Assembly (NCBI GenBank): GCA_965277285.1
Contig: OZ255721.1
Span: 1,056,001-1,120,000, forward strand
DNA length: 64,000 nt
Direction: 5' to 3'
From: Abditibacteriaceae bacterium
Lineage (GTDB): Bacteria > Armatimonadota > Abditibacteriia > Abditibacteriales > Abditibacteriaceae
Made by a program: the position numbers and the translations under genes. Positions 50,761 to 59,809 of this stretch are shown here, piece after piece. Numbering within the stretch: position 1 is the stretch's first letter; each line of letters begins with the position of its first letter. The notes under the pieces are model-generated. The model was not told where the DNA came from. It did not search any database and worked only from the letters and a program-made list of their open reading frames with translations.

Positions 50761-51117
50761 TTACGGCTCTATGTCGGGAAATGGCGAATCTTTGCGTTCG
50801 CGTTTCTGCGCCTTGAGCCAGCGGAGATAGCGCCGATATTCACGGCGGCTGTTGGTTTTGACGATCTCCGAAAAACCGTCGATCAAGGGTTCGCGGTCGT
50901 AACCTTCGGGGCTATCGGGAAAGCCCAATAAATCGAGTACGAAGTGCAGCGGCTCGATGCAATCACCGCGAACCGAAACGCCTGCACTTTCCAGGCGAGT
51001 GCAGCGACGGCGCTCCGCCACTTCGGTCGCGCACAAGTCGAGCATTACCAGTTCGACACGCTTCAAGCGCGCGCGTGGCACGATCACATAATCGGGCGCG
51101 TTGACGATCTGGATCAT
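50761..51117 (-). CDS. Hypothetical prophage protein
   Basis: 118-aa ORF coupled by ATGA to the upstream gene. Confidence 0.55.
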   Translation of the reverse strand: MIQIVNAPDYVIVPRARLKRVELVMLDLCATEVAERRRCTRLESAGVSVRGDCIEPLHFVLDLLGFPDSPEGYDREPLIDGFSEIVKTNSRREYRRYLRWLKAQKRERKDSPFPDIEP

Positions 51118-51716
51118 GCGTTCACCTCAGTTTTGTTTACGCTCGTCAAGCAACTGAATGGCTGCATCCATTTCTGCAAATAGCCCAGTTTGTCGCGGAA
51201 TTCCATCAGGGCAGCGAAAGCCAGCGGATCGTCAAAACCCGTCGCTGTAAGGCCATAATCCGTGTTGAACGCTTGAAGCAAAGCGCATTGCACGACTTCC
51301 CGCATTTCCTGGTGGCTGATCTGGGCTTCGGTTTCAAAGACAGGCAAGCCGTCGAAAGATTTGGGGCCGTCGTCGTCAACATCAAACGCGATGTCACGGC
51401 GCCGCAATTCTGCGCGAATCACTTCCGCCCATTCGGAACGCGTCGTCAAAACACGTTGCCACCGAACCGGTGCAACCTTCAACTTTTTGACTGCGGAAAA
51501 AGCACGCTCCAGACGTTCGATCCAAACCTCGCGGTCTTCAGCATCGAAACCTTCAATGAATTTTCCGATGCGCTCCGTCGTTAGGGCAACAAAATTAACC
51601 GCGTAATCTATATCAAGTCCCGGTTCTAACTGGCGATCTTGGTGCGAAGATATACTTTTCATGGTGATTCGAGACCTCCATCTCGCTTTCATCAGGCAGG
51701 CCGGATGTTTCCGCAT
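51114..51716 (-). CDS. Hypothetical prophage protein (start possibly 51662)
   Basis: ORF in the early-gene orientation; GGAGG RBS before ATG 51662. Confidence 0.55.
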   Translation of the reverse strand: MRKHPACLMKARWRSRITMKSISSHQDRQLEPGLDIDYAVNFVALTTERIGKFIEGFDAEDREVWIERLERAFSAVKKLKVAPVRWQRVLTTRSEWAEVIRAELRRRDIAFDVDDDGPKSFDGLPVFETEAQISHQEMREVVQCALLQAFNTDYGLTATGFDDPLAFAALMEFRDKLGYLQKWMQPFSCLTSVNKTEVNA

Positions 51717-51777
51717 CCGACTTGCTAAAACGCTCGCGTCGTAGGGCTATATCCTCTGCGACGCGAGCGTGCTGCTT

Positions 51778-52053
51778 TTAGGCAGCCAGTTCCCAAACCT
51801 CCTGCACGGCTTCAATGCTGTCCATCCAGGCGCAAGGCGTGTTCTGAACCTCTTCTTCGCGCGCCCAGCCCTCGAACTTCTCAACCCACGACGACAGGGC
51901 TTTGAAGTGTTTGCCGTAGCGCGGTGCACTCACGGCTCCCGTCGCTTTATTGGTGAGCGTCATCCAATAGCCGACGTGACCGTATTTCTTCACGTTGAGC
52001 GTGTAATGCTCGCTTTCGCCTTTCCATTCCCGTTCGTTGACTTTCTGAAACAT
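51778..52053 (-). CDS. Hypothetical prophage protein
   Basis: 91-aa ORF with a GGGAGG RBS. Confidence 0.6.
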   Translation of the reverse strand: MFQKVNEREWKGESEHYTLNVKKYGHVGYWMTLTNKATGAVSAPRYGKHFKALSSWVEKFEGWAREEEVQNTPCAWMDSIEAVQEVWELAA

Positions 52054-52181
52054 TGTTTTGCCTCCCCTTTATACATTGCGCATCTCTACGCTTATGTATA
52101 TACTTTAACAATTTTGTATATACAAGTCAATATAAGCGAATAAAGGTTTTTTGTTTTTGCTAAAATGCAGTTACGCGGGAG

Positions 52182-52424
52182 GTGATTGCATTGAACGAAG
52201 CAAAAAAGTCAGAGGAACGAAAAATGACAAATTTGATTGTCCGAATGGAAGAAACCGACAAAAATAACTTGGGCGATACGGCTCTTAAACTTGGCTTCAG
52301 TCGTCTTGAAAAAGGCGAAGTGAGAGGCAATGCGTCAATGCTCATCAACCTCCTGGCGCGTGCCCTGCCCGACAAGAGCGCGGAAGAAATCAAAGCGTTT
52401 TTGTTTGCATCGAAGGATAAGTAA
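52182..52424 (+). CDS. Small putative DNA-binding regulator
   Basis: Divergent from the 52053 gene across an AT-rich spacer; NLIVRMEE resembles a ribbon-helix-helix strand. Confidence 0.45.
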   Translation: MIALNEAKKSEERKMTNLIVRMEETDKNNLGDTALKLGFSRLEKGEVRGNASMLINLLARALPDKSAEEIKAFLFASKDK

Positions 52425-52561
52425 GGAGTACTCGATAGCGAATTATTCTAACTTTGATTGGTAATGCAGACGTGAAGTGGATGTTCGGGCGGCAGGACAG
52501 TTTTTCATTTGCCAACTGAGGAACGTGACTACATAGATTAAAGAAGAGGGGACGTAAAAGC

Positions 52562-53191
52562 ATGGCGAGTGAGGCACAATGGGGAGTTGTTGAATTGTTC
52601 GCTGGTGTTGGCGGCGTGACACAAGGGTTTGAAGCGCAGGGCGACTTCGCGCCCATCGCGTTGATTGACGTAGATGCCGACGCGCGTGACACTTACCTCG
52701 AAAACTTCTCGCTGTTTCCGCGCGAGAGCTACATTCGGCGTGATGTGCGCTCTATCTATGCGCCGCGTTTGCGCGATGTGGCTAATGGGCGTGAAATCTC
52801 CGGCATTCTAGGGTGTCCGCCCTGTCAGGGCTTTAGTCCAGCGGGCAAACGCGACCCCCAAGACGAGCGTAACCTTCTGATGCGCGACTATTTTCGCCTT
52901 ATTCGCGCCCTCAATCCCAAGTTCTTCGTTCTGGAAAACGTGCCACGCATCCTGACAGACGCGGCGTTCAAAGCGGAAGTCATTACATTACAATCAAAGG
53001 GCTGGCGTATTTGGTCGGGCGCGCTCAACGCTGCGCTTTATGGCCTGCCACAAACTCGACAGCGAGCTATTGCTATCGGCTTTCGCGGCGATTTAGGCAT
53101 TACACCCACGCGCCCGAAACCCACGCATGGGCGCGGCAATATCTTCGACTATGCAACGCGTGACTATGTATCGCTCGATGGTTGCCGATGA
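52562..53191 (+). pseudogene. C5 cytosine DNA methyltransferase, C-terminally truncated
   Basis: ELFAGVGG (motif I), GCPPCQGFS (IV), LENV (VI), PQTRQR (VIII). Stops before the TRD and motifs IX-X. Confidence 0.8.
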
Positions 53192-53405
53192 CGCTGCGCG
53201 AAGCGGCGCAACGCCTTTACAAACCACGCGGGAGGGATGAGGCAGAGCGTTAAGTAGCCTATGATGCGTGTTGTCATGGCGGGTATAAATTATTGCACGA
53301 CAAGGAAGCGGCTCAGCCAAATAAACTTCATTGCGACTTGATTTATAAGTAAACGTTTGAAGTATAATCAGAAACGTACAAACGTCTGTTTGCAAAGAGT
53401 GCAAA

Positions 53406-53696
53406 ATGTTAACTATCAAACTTCCGACCACGGGTCGCGTAATTCACGAACTCAAATGTTTGGCCTGCGGCCACGCCTGGTTTCCGCGCGGCGTGAATGA
53501 GCGTCCTCTCCAATGTCCGCGTTGCAAATCGGCATCATGGGCGACCGGACGCCGCCGCGCGCCGCGCCGTACTGCCGCTGAAATCGAAGCGATTGAGGAT
53601 GCTACTGATGTTGAAGAATATCGCAAGCGCAAAGCGGAATCGAATCCGTCTGAACTCCGCACGTTGAACGATTTGAGGGCGGCTCTTGGCAAGTAA
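53406..53696 (+). CDS. Putative antitoxin with a zinc ribbon
   Basis: CLAC...CPRC; C-terminal EDATDVEEY...TLNDLRAALG; overlaps the RelE-like gene. Confidence 0.6.
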   Translation: MLTIKLPTTGRVIHELKCLACGHAWFPRGVNERPLQCPRCKSASWATGRRRAPRRTAAEIEAIEDATDVEEYRKRKAESNPSELRTLNDLRAALGK

Positions 53697-53952
53697 GGGT
53701 TACAGTGTCCAGATTGATGCGCGCGCCTGGCGGGAGATTATGCGGCTTGGCGAGACCTCTCAAGACCGCATTTTCGCGGCTCTTGAAGCGTTGGAAGAGG
53801 AACCGCGTCCGTCCGGTGTTGTGAAACTTGAAGGCGAAGAAGGCATACTGTGTTCGCGTTGGGCAGTATCGAATCGTTTACGAAATCGAAGACGATGTTT
53901 TGATCGTGTTTGTGATTCGCGTTGGGAATCGGCGCGAGGTTTATAAAAAGAA
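53686..53952 (+). pseudogene. RelE-family toxin, frameshifted
   Basis: EPRPSGVVKLEG in one frame, then YCVRVGQYRIVYEIEDDVLIVFVIRVGNRREVY in the +1 frame from about 53843; the end abuts the IS terminus. Confidence 0.8.
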
Positions 53953-53965
53953 GGTAATTATATAC

Positions 53966-53994
53966 TTGACACACGAAACCCGTTGTCTTATAAT
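53966..53994 (+). promoter_or_regulatory. Consensus sigma70 promoter for the transposase
   Basis: TTGACA-17 bp-TATAAT; ATG 6 nt after the -10 box. Confidence 0.75.
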
Positions 53995-54000
53995 TAGATT

Positions 54001-54945
54001 ATGAGTAACGAATTGTGTCCCCAAACCCTACAACAAGCCATCGAATACTTTGCCGATGAGGATACTTGTCACGCCTTCATGGTTTCGATGCGTTGGGTAA
54101 ACGGCGTTACTTGCCCTCGTTGTGGCTGCGAAGATAGCGGAAGAATCAAGTTTATCGAAACGCGCCGTATTTGGCGCTGTAACGCTTGCAAAAAGCAGTT
54201 CTCGGTGAAGGTCGGAACTATCTTTGAGGATAGTCCGTTGCCTATGAAAAGCTGGCTTGGCGCGGTTTGGATGATTGTAAACGCAAAGAACGGCATTAGC
54301 TCTTGCGAGATCGCGCGTTCGTTAGGCGTCACGCAAAAGACGGCTTGGTTTATGGCGCATCGCATTCGCTTGGCTCTGCAAGCTGGCTCTTTCGAGAAAC
54401 TAAAAGGTCAAGTTGAAGCGGATGAAACCTTTATCGGCGGCAAAGCCTCTAATATGCACAAAGCCGAACGCGAGAAAAAGATTAAGGGACGCGGCTCTGT
54501 GGGCAAAGCGGTTGTTCTGGGCTTGTTAGAGCGTCAAGACGGCAAGCCTTCAAAAGTGCGCGCAAAGGTTGTTAAGGACACTACAAGCGAGACTCTGCAA
54601 AGTGAAGTGCGCGAGAACGTGGAAGCGGGTTCTGAACTGTTTACGGACGCTTGGAAGTCGTATCGCGGTCTTGGCGTCGAGTATCAGCATCGCTTTGTTG
54701 ACCACGCGGTTGCTTATGTTGACGGTCAAGTCTCAACGAACGGACTTGAGAACTTTTGGTGTTTGCTCAAGCGCACCGTGAAAGGCACCTACGTTGCGGT
54801 AGATGCCCAACACTTGTTTCGCTATTTGGATGAGCAAGCCTATCGCTACAACAACCGTAAGAGCAATGATGCAGAGCGGTTTTTGAAAGCAGTGAAGTGG
54901 GTTAGCGGAAAACGATTGACACGTGCAGAATTAACATCGAAGTGA
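54001..54945 (+). CDS. IS1595-family (ISXO2-like) transposase
   Basis: Zn ribbon CPRC...CNAC, VEADETFIGG, FTDAWKSY, TNGLENFW, YLDEQAYRYN. Confidence 0.95.
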   Translation: MSNELCPQTLQQAIEYFADEDTCHAFMVSMRWVNGVTCPRCGCEDSGRIKFIETRRIWRCNACKKQFSVKVGTIFEDSPLPMKSWLGAVWMIVNAKNGISSCEIARSLGVTQKTAWFMAHRIRLALQAGSFEKLKGQVEADETFIGGKASNMHKAEREKKIKGRGSVGKAVVLGLLERQDGKPSKVRAKVVKDTTSETLQSEVRENVEAGSELFTDAWKSYRGLGVEYQHRFVDHAVAYVDGQVSTNGLENFWCLLKRTVKGTYVAVDAQHLFRYLDEQAYRYNNRKSNDAERFLKAVKWVSGKRLTRAELTSK

Positions 54946-55395
54946 TTAGGTATGTTTCAACTTGACTGGCCAAATTGCATGATGCAGGTCGAACCATACA
55001 ATATAAAACACATCCGACATATAAGAACCAAAAACCCTCGTCTTCTGCCCATTGACGCTCAACAAGGCAATTTGCCAGGGATTATCATTTAGGCACGCAG
55101 CATTCGCTGGCAAACCACTTTTTTCGATGGTTTTTGCCCAATCAACTTCGTGAAAATGCAAAGTTTCGCCCTGTGCTTTGAGTTCCATAAAAGTCTTCGC
55201 ATTTATATCCCCCAGACGTTGCAGAGCCAATTTCGTATGATCTTTTGACCAACAGGAGATACAATAAGCGTCTCCTACTGTATCGTAAAATTCAAAACTA
55301 AAAGTGACCTTCACGCCACGCAGTGTTTGCGATTGATTAGTAGAAATTCTGCCCTTCGCTGTCTCACGATTGGGCTTGGGTATTCTTTTACTCAT
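54946..55395 (-). CDS. Putative RelE-like toxin partner of the Panacea antitoxin
   Basis: FSFEFY...HFHEVDW...RVFG...FYIVWFDLHHAIWP; start overlaps the Panacea gene end. Confidence 0.55.
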   Translation of the reverse strand: MSKRIPKPNRETAKGRISTNQSQTLRGVKVTFSFEFYDTVGDAYCISCWSKDHTKLALQRLGDINAKTFMELKAQGETLHFHEVDWAKTIEKSGLPANAACLNDNPWQIALLSVNGQKTRVFGSYMSDVFYIVWFDLHHAIWPVKLKHT

Positions 55396-55842
55396 TTTCG
55401 GCCAAAGGAGTATATTGAGCGATGATGTCACTATCTTGCAGGACGCTGTTGGAAGAATCTGTTGGGCTTAAACCAGCACGAGCGTTTTTCCAAGGCAGTT
55501 CGTTGTGCGTTAGCGCAACAAGTTCAAAAGCATATAAAGGCATATAAGTCTCATATACCTCATCCAAAACCTCTTTGATGTTGCCAGGGATTTTCGACAC
55601 AAGGTTTTCCCTGCTATCAAGATTCCCGCTGGCATATTCTTCGGGAATAGGAGAAGCTCCATACACTTTTAGCTGGTGATATAGGCTTGGAATAACGGGG
55701 CCATTCGCCCAAGCGCAGATGTTTTCTTGGAACAAACGCTCATGTTCGATTGCCAGCGTCCAAGCATAAGCGTAGTAAACCAGTTAAGAGCACCGCTCAT
55801 TACTATGGGAGTAATTTCTTGGTTCCGTAAGGCGTTATTCAT
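55388..55842 (-). pseudogene. Panacea (DUF4065/SocA) antitoxin, frameshifted near the N-terminus
   Basis: MNNALRNQEITP in one frame; LVYYAYAW...AWANGPVIPSLY...LTHNELPWKNA in another. Confidence 0.75.
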
Positions 55843-56176
55843 GGCCATCGGCCTCAATAGCTTGTAATTCTTGCAGCAGTTCTTTTCTCTTCTCAGGCGA
55901 AATCTGTTTGTAAACGATACCGATGAGGTTTGCTGCAACCGAATGTGTAAGTAGAACTTGCGCTGCGACCCTAACAACAAGTTCTTGATGGGGATCGTCT
56001 TGTGGCGGAGTTAGGCGAGCAAAATCTATGCAAATGTCGTGGTCAGAATGAGTAACGCGCGCAATGTTAGAATAAACTATTGGAAATGCAGCAGGGTATT
56101 CCATGCGAAACTTAATCGACTGGGAGCCATCCTCAAGTTCAACTGCAATTTCATCGTCATACATTTTTTGACTCAT
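55835..56176 (-). CDS. DUF3467-like protein
   Basis: IVYSNIARVTHSDHDICIDFARLTPP...VAAQVLLT. Confidence 0.7.
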   Translation of the reverse strand: MSQKMYDDEIAVELEDGSQSIKFRMEYPAAFPIVYSNIARVTHSDHDICIDFARLTPPQDDPHQELVVRVAAQVLLTHSVAANLIGIVYKQISPEKRKELLQELQAIEADGHE

Positions 56177-56361
56177 TATTTCCTTTCAAGCAATTTTGGC
56201 GTGTTGCTATTTGACTTGGCCTTTTTCTGTATGCCAACAATTTCGCCTTTTGGCACCGTTAAAATCGTCTTCATCGCACGTTGAAACCGCGCGAGTTCGC
56301 TTTCCTGTCCGTTCTGTGTTTCTGGTTCATGCAAGACTTTAGCCATGACACGCCCCTTCAA
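56176..56361 (-). CDS. Small hypothetical protein
   Basis: RFQRAMKTILTVPKGEI; coupled to the downstream gene. Confidence 0.5.
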   Translation of the reverse strand: MKGRVMAKVLHEPETQNGQESELARFQRAMKTILTVPKGEIVGIQKKAKSNSNTPKLLERK

Positions 56362-56607
56362 TTGTCACTTATCCACAGGGTTATCTCTAAAAATGACAAT
56401 TATTCAAAATCACTTGACGTATTGTCGCACATATCGGCTCCGGTTATCAAGAGCGAAAATATAGGACATTAAGCGCGTTGCAGGCGCTAATTATATACTT
56501 GATATAGTTGAGAAAAGTAACCGTACCATCTAATTATCCCAGATACAGTGCATGAATGGCAAATATTCCCTTTTTGTGCGTGTAGTATATAATTACCAGT
56601 TATTTAT

Positions 56608-57231
56608 ATGGCTGCAACATTAGGAAGAAAAACAAAATACGATGAGCCTCTTTCTGAACCGATTCGCGTTCTGTTCACGGAAAGGCAATATCAGGATTTG
56701 GTAAAGCTGTTCGGCGCGTCCGAAATTTCAACGGCAATTCGTGAAATCATTTTGGGCGAGCGAGTACTCGAAGGTGCCCAAGTTATCGAAGTCGCGCCGC
56801 CGCTGTCGACCGACAAATCGTTTCCGCTGATTGGTTCGGCGATTTGCGGCCCGTGGGACGACGTGGTTTCGAGTACTTCGGACGTTCACATTCTGAGCGA
56901 ACAAACCGCGACCGAACTCGAAGCGCGCGACGGAGATGTCTTTGTGCGGGCGCGCGAAGAAAGCATGGAAGGCGCGGGGATTTTGGACGGCTCATTGGTG
57001 TTGATGCGCACTTTGCCACGCGCGCCACGACGCGGCGAAATCTGGCTGTTGCAGATTTTCGATGAGGAAGGCGGCTGCAAATCGACGATTAAACGGGTCG
57101 ATAAATGGAGCGAAACGCCTTCGGATGTGCGGTTACTGGATGGAAGCGATGAAGAGTACTCGACGGGCGAATTGACAGCGCCGATTGTTCCAGTGGCGAT
57201 TGCGCGTGGTGTGATTGGAGCGTTGCGGTAA
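56608..57231 (+). CDS. LexA/CI-like repressor with an S24 peptidase domain
   Basis: FPLIGSAICG cleavage-site region, ESMEGAGILDGS, STIKR. Confidence 0.75.
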   Translation: MAATLGRKTKYDEPLSEPIRVLFTERQYQDLVKLFGASEISTAIREIILGERVLEGAQVIEVAPPLSTDKSFPLIGSAICGPWDDVVSSTSDVHILSEQTATELEARDGDVFVRAREESMEGAGILDGSLVLMRTLPRAPRRGEIWLLQIFDEEGGCKSTIKRVDKWSETPSDVRLLDGSDEEYSTGELTAPIVPVAIARGVIGALR

Positions 57232-57427
57232 AAGGAGCCTTTATGCTTATGATTGTTTTGATCGCGGTGATCGCGGCGGCTGCTTACAAAGCGTTTTCGT
57301 CGCGGTGAAGTTGGGGCATGGTTGGGGCGTTGCGGTGAGGGAAGCGCTCGAATAAAAAGTGCGATGGATGCTACAGAGCCAAATTTTTGAATTAAACCAG
57401 ATAAAAGTAAGCACGAACCAAAAGGAA

Positions 57428-58033
57428 ATGGCATTTTCTCATAGTCAACCGCAAACGGTGGATGAACTCACGCAGCGCAACATTGACACGATCATAGCAT
57501 TGGAAAGTGCTACCAAAGCCGAGCGCACTTACACCGAGCATTTTGCGGAAACCGTAACGCGCTTTTGCGGCTCGATCCGTTTCATCTGGGTGCACTTGAT
57601 CTGGATCGGCGGGTGGAGCGTTTGGAACGTTCTGCCAAAGCTGAAACCGTGGCGTTTCGATGCGTTCCCGTTTTTCTTCCTGTGCTTCATTCTGGCTGTC
57701 GAAGCGATTTGCTTAGCGTCTTTTATCCTGATGAACCAGCGCCTTGAAGCGAAAGTGAGCGAGCGGCGCAATCATCTCGATTTGCAGATCAATCTTCTTT
57801 CGGAACAGGAAAACACCAAGATGTTGCAAATGCTGTCGCAGATTGCAGAGGTCGTTGGAGCCAGTATCCATAGTGACCCCGACATCAAAGTGATGCAGGA
57901 AGCGGCACGCCCCGATAAAATGCTCCAGCAAATTGATAAAACTATCGCGCAAATAGGCGAACAGAAGGACGCGACGCTGAACGAAAAAGACGATGCAAAC
58001 GAGGAAAGCAAAGCGAACGACCAAGTTGTGTAA
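57428..58033 (+). CDS. DUF1003 membrane protein
   Basis: FCGSIRF...FDAFPF...EAICLASFILMNQ...DLQINLLSEQE. Confidence 0.9.
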   Translation: MAFSHSQPQTVDELTQRNIDTIIALESATKAERTYTEHFAETVTRFCGSIRFIWVHLIWIGGWSVWNVLPKLKPWRFDAFPFFFLCFILAVEAICLASFILMNQRLEAKVSERRNHLDLQINLLSEQENTKMLQMLSQIAEVVGASIHSDPDIKVMQEAARPDKMLQQIDKTIAQIGEQKDATLNEKDDANEESKANDQVV

Positions 58034-58063
58034 CAAGCTCAACCGCCTACTTCTGACTGACTC

Positions 58064-58417
58064 ATGACAGTTCTCCACCGTGTTCAATGGTCACCCTTCG
58101 TCTTGCGCGACGGTCGCATTTACGATGTGGTCGACGTGCGCGTGCTCGACGGTCGAGTACTCGATTACGAAGTGAACGTATTCCGGTTTTGCGAAGTCGA
58201 GATAACTCACCGCACGCGCGAATGGGACGCGATGGAGTTCCGCCATCTGTTTTATTTCTCTTCGCTCGACACACGAAAGTTCGAAGAAAACGAGCGGCGG
58301 ATGCACGAGCAAATGGCGCAGTTGTGTCGCGGTTGGACGTGGCAATATCTGTGCGAGCACGCGGCGCCTGTCCCCTTGTCTCGTTGCCATAAGGCGATTG
58401 TCAAAGAATGGCGCTAA
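58064..58417 (+). CDS. Hypothetical protein
   Basis: 117-aa ORF co-oriented with its neighbours. Confidence 0.5.
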   Translation: MTVLHRVQWSPFVLRDGRIYDVVDVRVLDGRVLDYEVNVFRFCEVEITHRTREWDAMEFRHLFYFSSLDTRKFEENERRMHEQMAQLCRGWTWQYLCEHAAPVPLSRCHKAIVKEWR

Positions 58418-58449
58418 GTCGTCACTGATTTTGATGAACCGATAAAAAC

Positions 58450-59535
58450 ATGAAACTTTCCAAGCCCACCCACGAACTTTTTCCGGTCTCTGGCATAACC
58501 GAGCCAGACGCCACAAACCAGGCCATCGAAGATGCGGTGGCACGACAAGGCACGATCATTCTCTTGCCGCCCAGTCGTATCGTGCTCGGGAACGAGCAGC
58601 CGCGCACCGAGTTCGACCTGAATCATCTCCAGGAACTCGCGCTCAACATTTATGATCTGCGCGAGCGCAAGCGCGGCATCCAGCAAACCGGCTTTCTACA
58701 GCCGATCTCAGTCGGGTTGCCACCCGGCGTTTTCGATTTCAAAGGCCAACTCAAAAACACGGATTTCCAGTTTTTATTAAGTGGTCGCGGCGAAAACCGT
58801 TGGCGTAGCGCGACTATGCTTTCCACGACAGGCGTACTCGATAAACGCTTCGACGCGGTGGGCGAACTGCGTCGCGTCCCCGATTTACTGATCCCGGTTT
58901 ACATCGAAGATTTGCCCGAAGACGAAGCGTTTGAACTCGCCTATTACGAAAACAAAAAACGACGCGACCTATCGCCACTCGACGAAGCGCGTGCCCTGCT
59001 CCGCATCAAAACACAATACGAACTCAGCTTTCGCGGCCTGGCCAGTCGCATCGGCGAAGATTTGGGATACGTGCAGGCGCGGCTGGAATTAGTAAAAGCC
59101 GGGCCGGATGTGCAACAAATGGTGCTGCAGCGGAGCGATTCGCTCGACATCGCGCGCAAGATCGACAAAATCCAGTCACCGCAGGAGCGAGAAAAGTTGA
59201 TCCAGATGGTGCTGGATAAAAAACCAACGTCGGAAGTCCGCGCGCAAATTCAGCGGATTCGTGCTTTAGGTGAGGATGTCTCGGGCGATGACGCTTCAAA
59301 CGACGATCCGAGTACTCGAACACGTTTCGGGTCACCAAAGGAAGCAGGCGTTCAAACCGCCTCGCGTTTCGACCTGGATGACACGTTGACGTTTCTGGAA
59401 TCGCGCGCTCAAGAAACGCTGTCGCAGATGAAAAATGCCACGCTGTCAAAAAAACAAAAAACCGAGCTTTTGGAAAAAGCGCGCTACTGTCGAAAATTCT
59501 TTGAGCAAATGGAAGAATTTCTCGGTCGAAAATAA
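58450..59535 (+). CDS. ParB/Spo0J-family protein
   Basis: QPRTEF, GFLQPISV, GENRWRS, ENKKRRDLSPLDEA, HTH. Confidence 0.85.
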   Translation: MKLSKPTHELFPVSGITEPDATNQAIEDAVARQGTIILLPPSRIVLGNEQPRTEFDLNHLQELALNIYDLRERKRGIQQTGFLQPISVGLPPGVFDFKGQLKNTDFQFLLSGRGENRWRSATMLSTTGVLDKRFDAVGELRRVPDLLIPVYIEDLPEDEAFELAYYENKKRRDLSPLDEARALLRIKTQYELSFRGLASRIGEDLGYVQARLELVKAGPDVQQMVLQRSDSLDIARKIDKIQSPQEREKLIQMVLDKKPTSEVRAQIQRIRALGEDVSGDDASNDDPSTRTRFGSPKEAGVQTASRFDLDDTLTFLESRAQETLSQMKNATLSKKQKTELLEKARYCRKFFEQMEEFLGRK

Positions 59536-59632
59536 CGTGTAACGCCAAGGTGCAGCACCAGCGTCTTAACGCCAAGCGCAAATAACGAATCGTCGAAAGT
59601 GTTTCAAGTCATCAGTCTTGTGCGAAAACCGA

Positions 59633-59662
59633 TTGACAAAAAACACCGAAGTCAAGTAAAAT
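59633..59662 (+). promoter_or_regulatory. Outward-facing sigma70-type promoter at the element end
   Basis: TTGACA-18 bp-TAAAAT about 40 bp before the att repeat. Confidence 0.6.
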
Positions 59663-59704
59663 AAAGGGCTGTCGGATGTTTTGAAACGCAAAAGCGGGCC
59701 AAGC

Positions 59705-59748
59705 CTTCCAAACTGATGACGCGAGTTCGATCCTCGTCTCTCGCTTTC
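59705..59748 (+). repeat. att core, right copy (3' half of tRNA-Gly)
   Basis: Identical to 14557-14600. Confidence 0.95.
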
Positions 59749-59809
59749 TTACGAGTTCTCAGTTGCAGGTGCCATCCATTGAGAAATCAAAACTGAGAAC
59801 TTTCTCGTT

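Larger units (their letters stand above)
53953..56597. mobile_element. IS1595-family element with passenger genes
   Basis: 14-bp terminal inverted repeats GGTAATTATATACT (53953-53966 and 56584-56597) enclose the transposase and four convergent AT-rich ORFs; no clear target duplication. Confidence 0.7.
14557..59748. mobile_element. ~45.2 kb integrated element (defective prophage / genomic island) in tRNA-Gly
   Basis: Exact 44-bp direct repeat of the tRNA-Gly 3' half at both ends; adjacent tyrosine integrase; phage-like tail, replication and repressor genes. Confidence 0.93.

Noticed and set aside
52562..53191. Prophage C5 methyltransferase as the cause of the iterated palindrome
   Set aside because: The gene is truncated before its recognition domain, and the motif is densest in host core genes. 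No link is supportable.
59705..59748. Second tRNA-Gly gene
   Set aside because: Only the 3' half is present; it is the att duplication.
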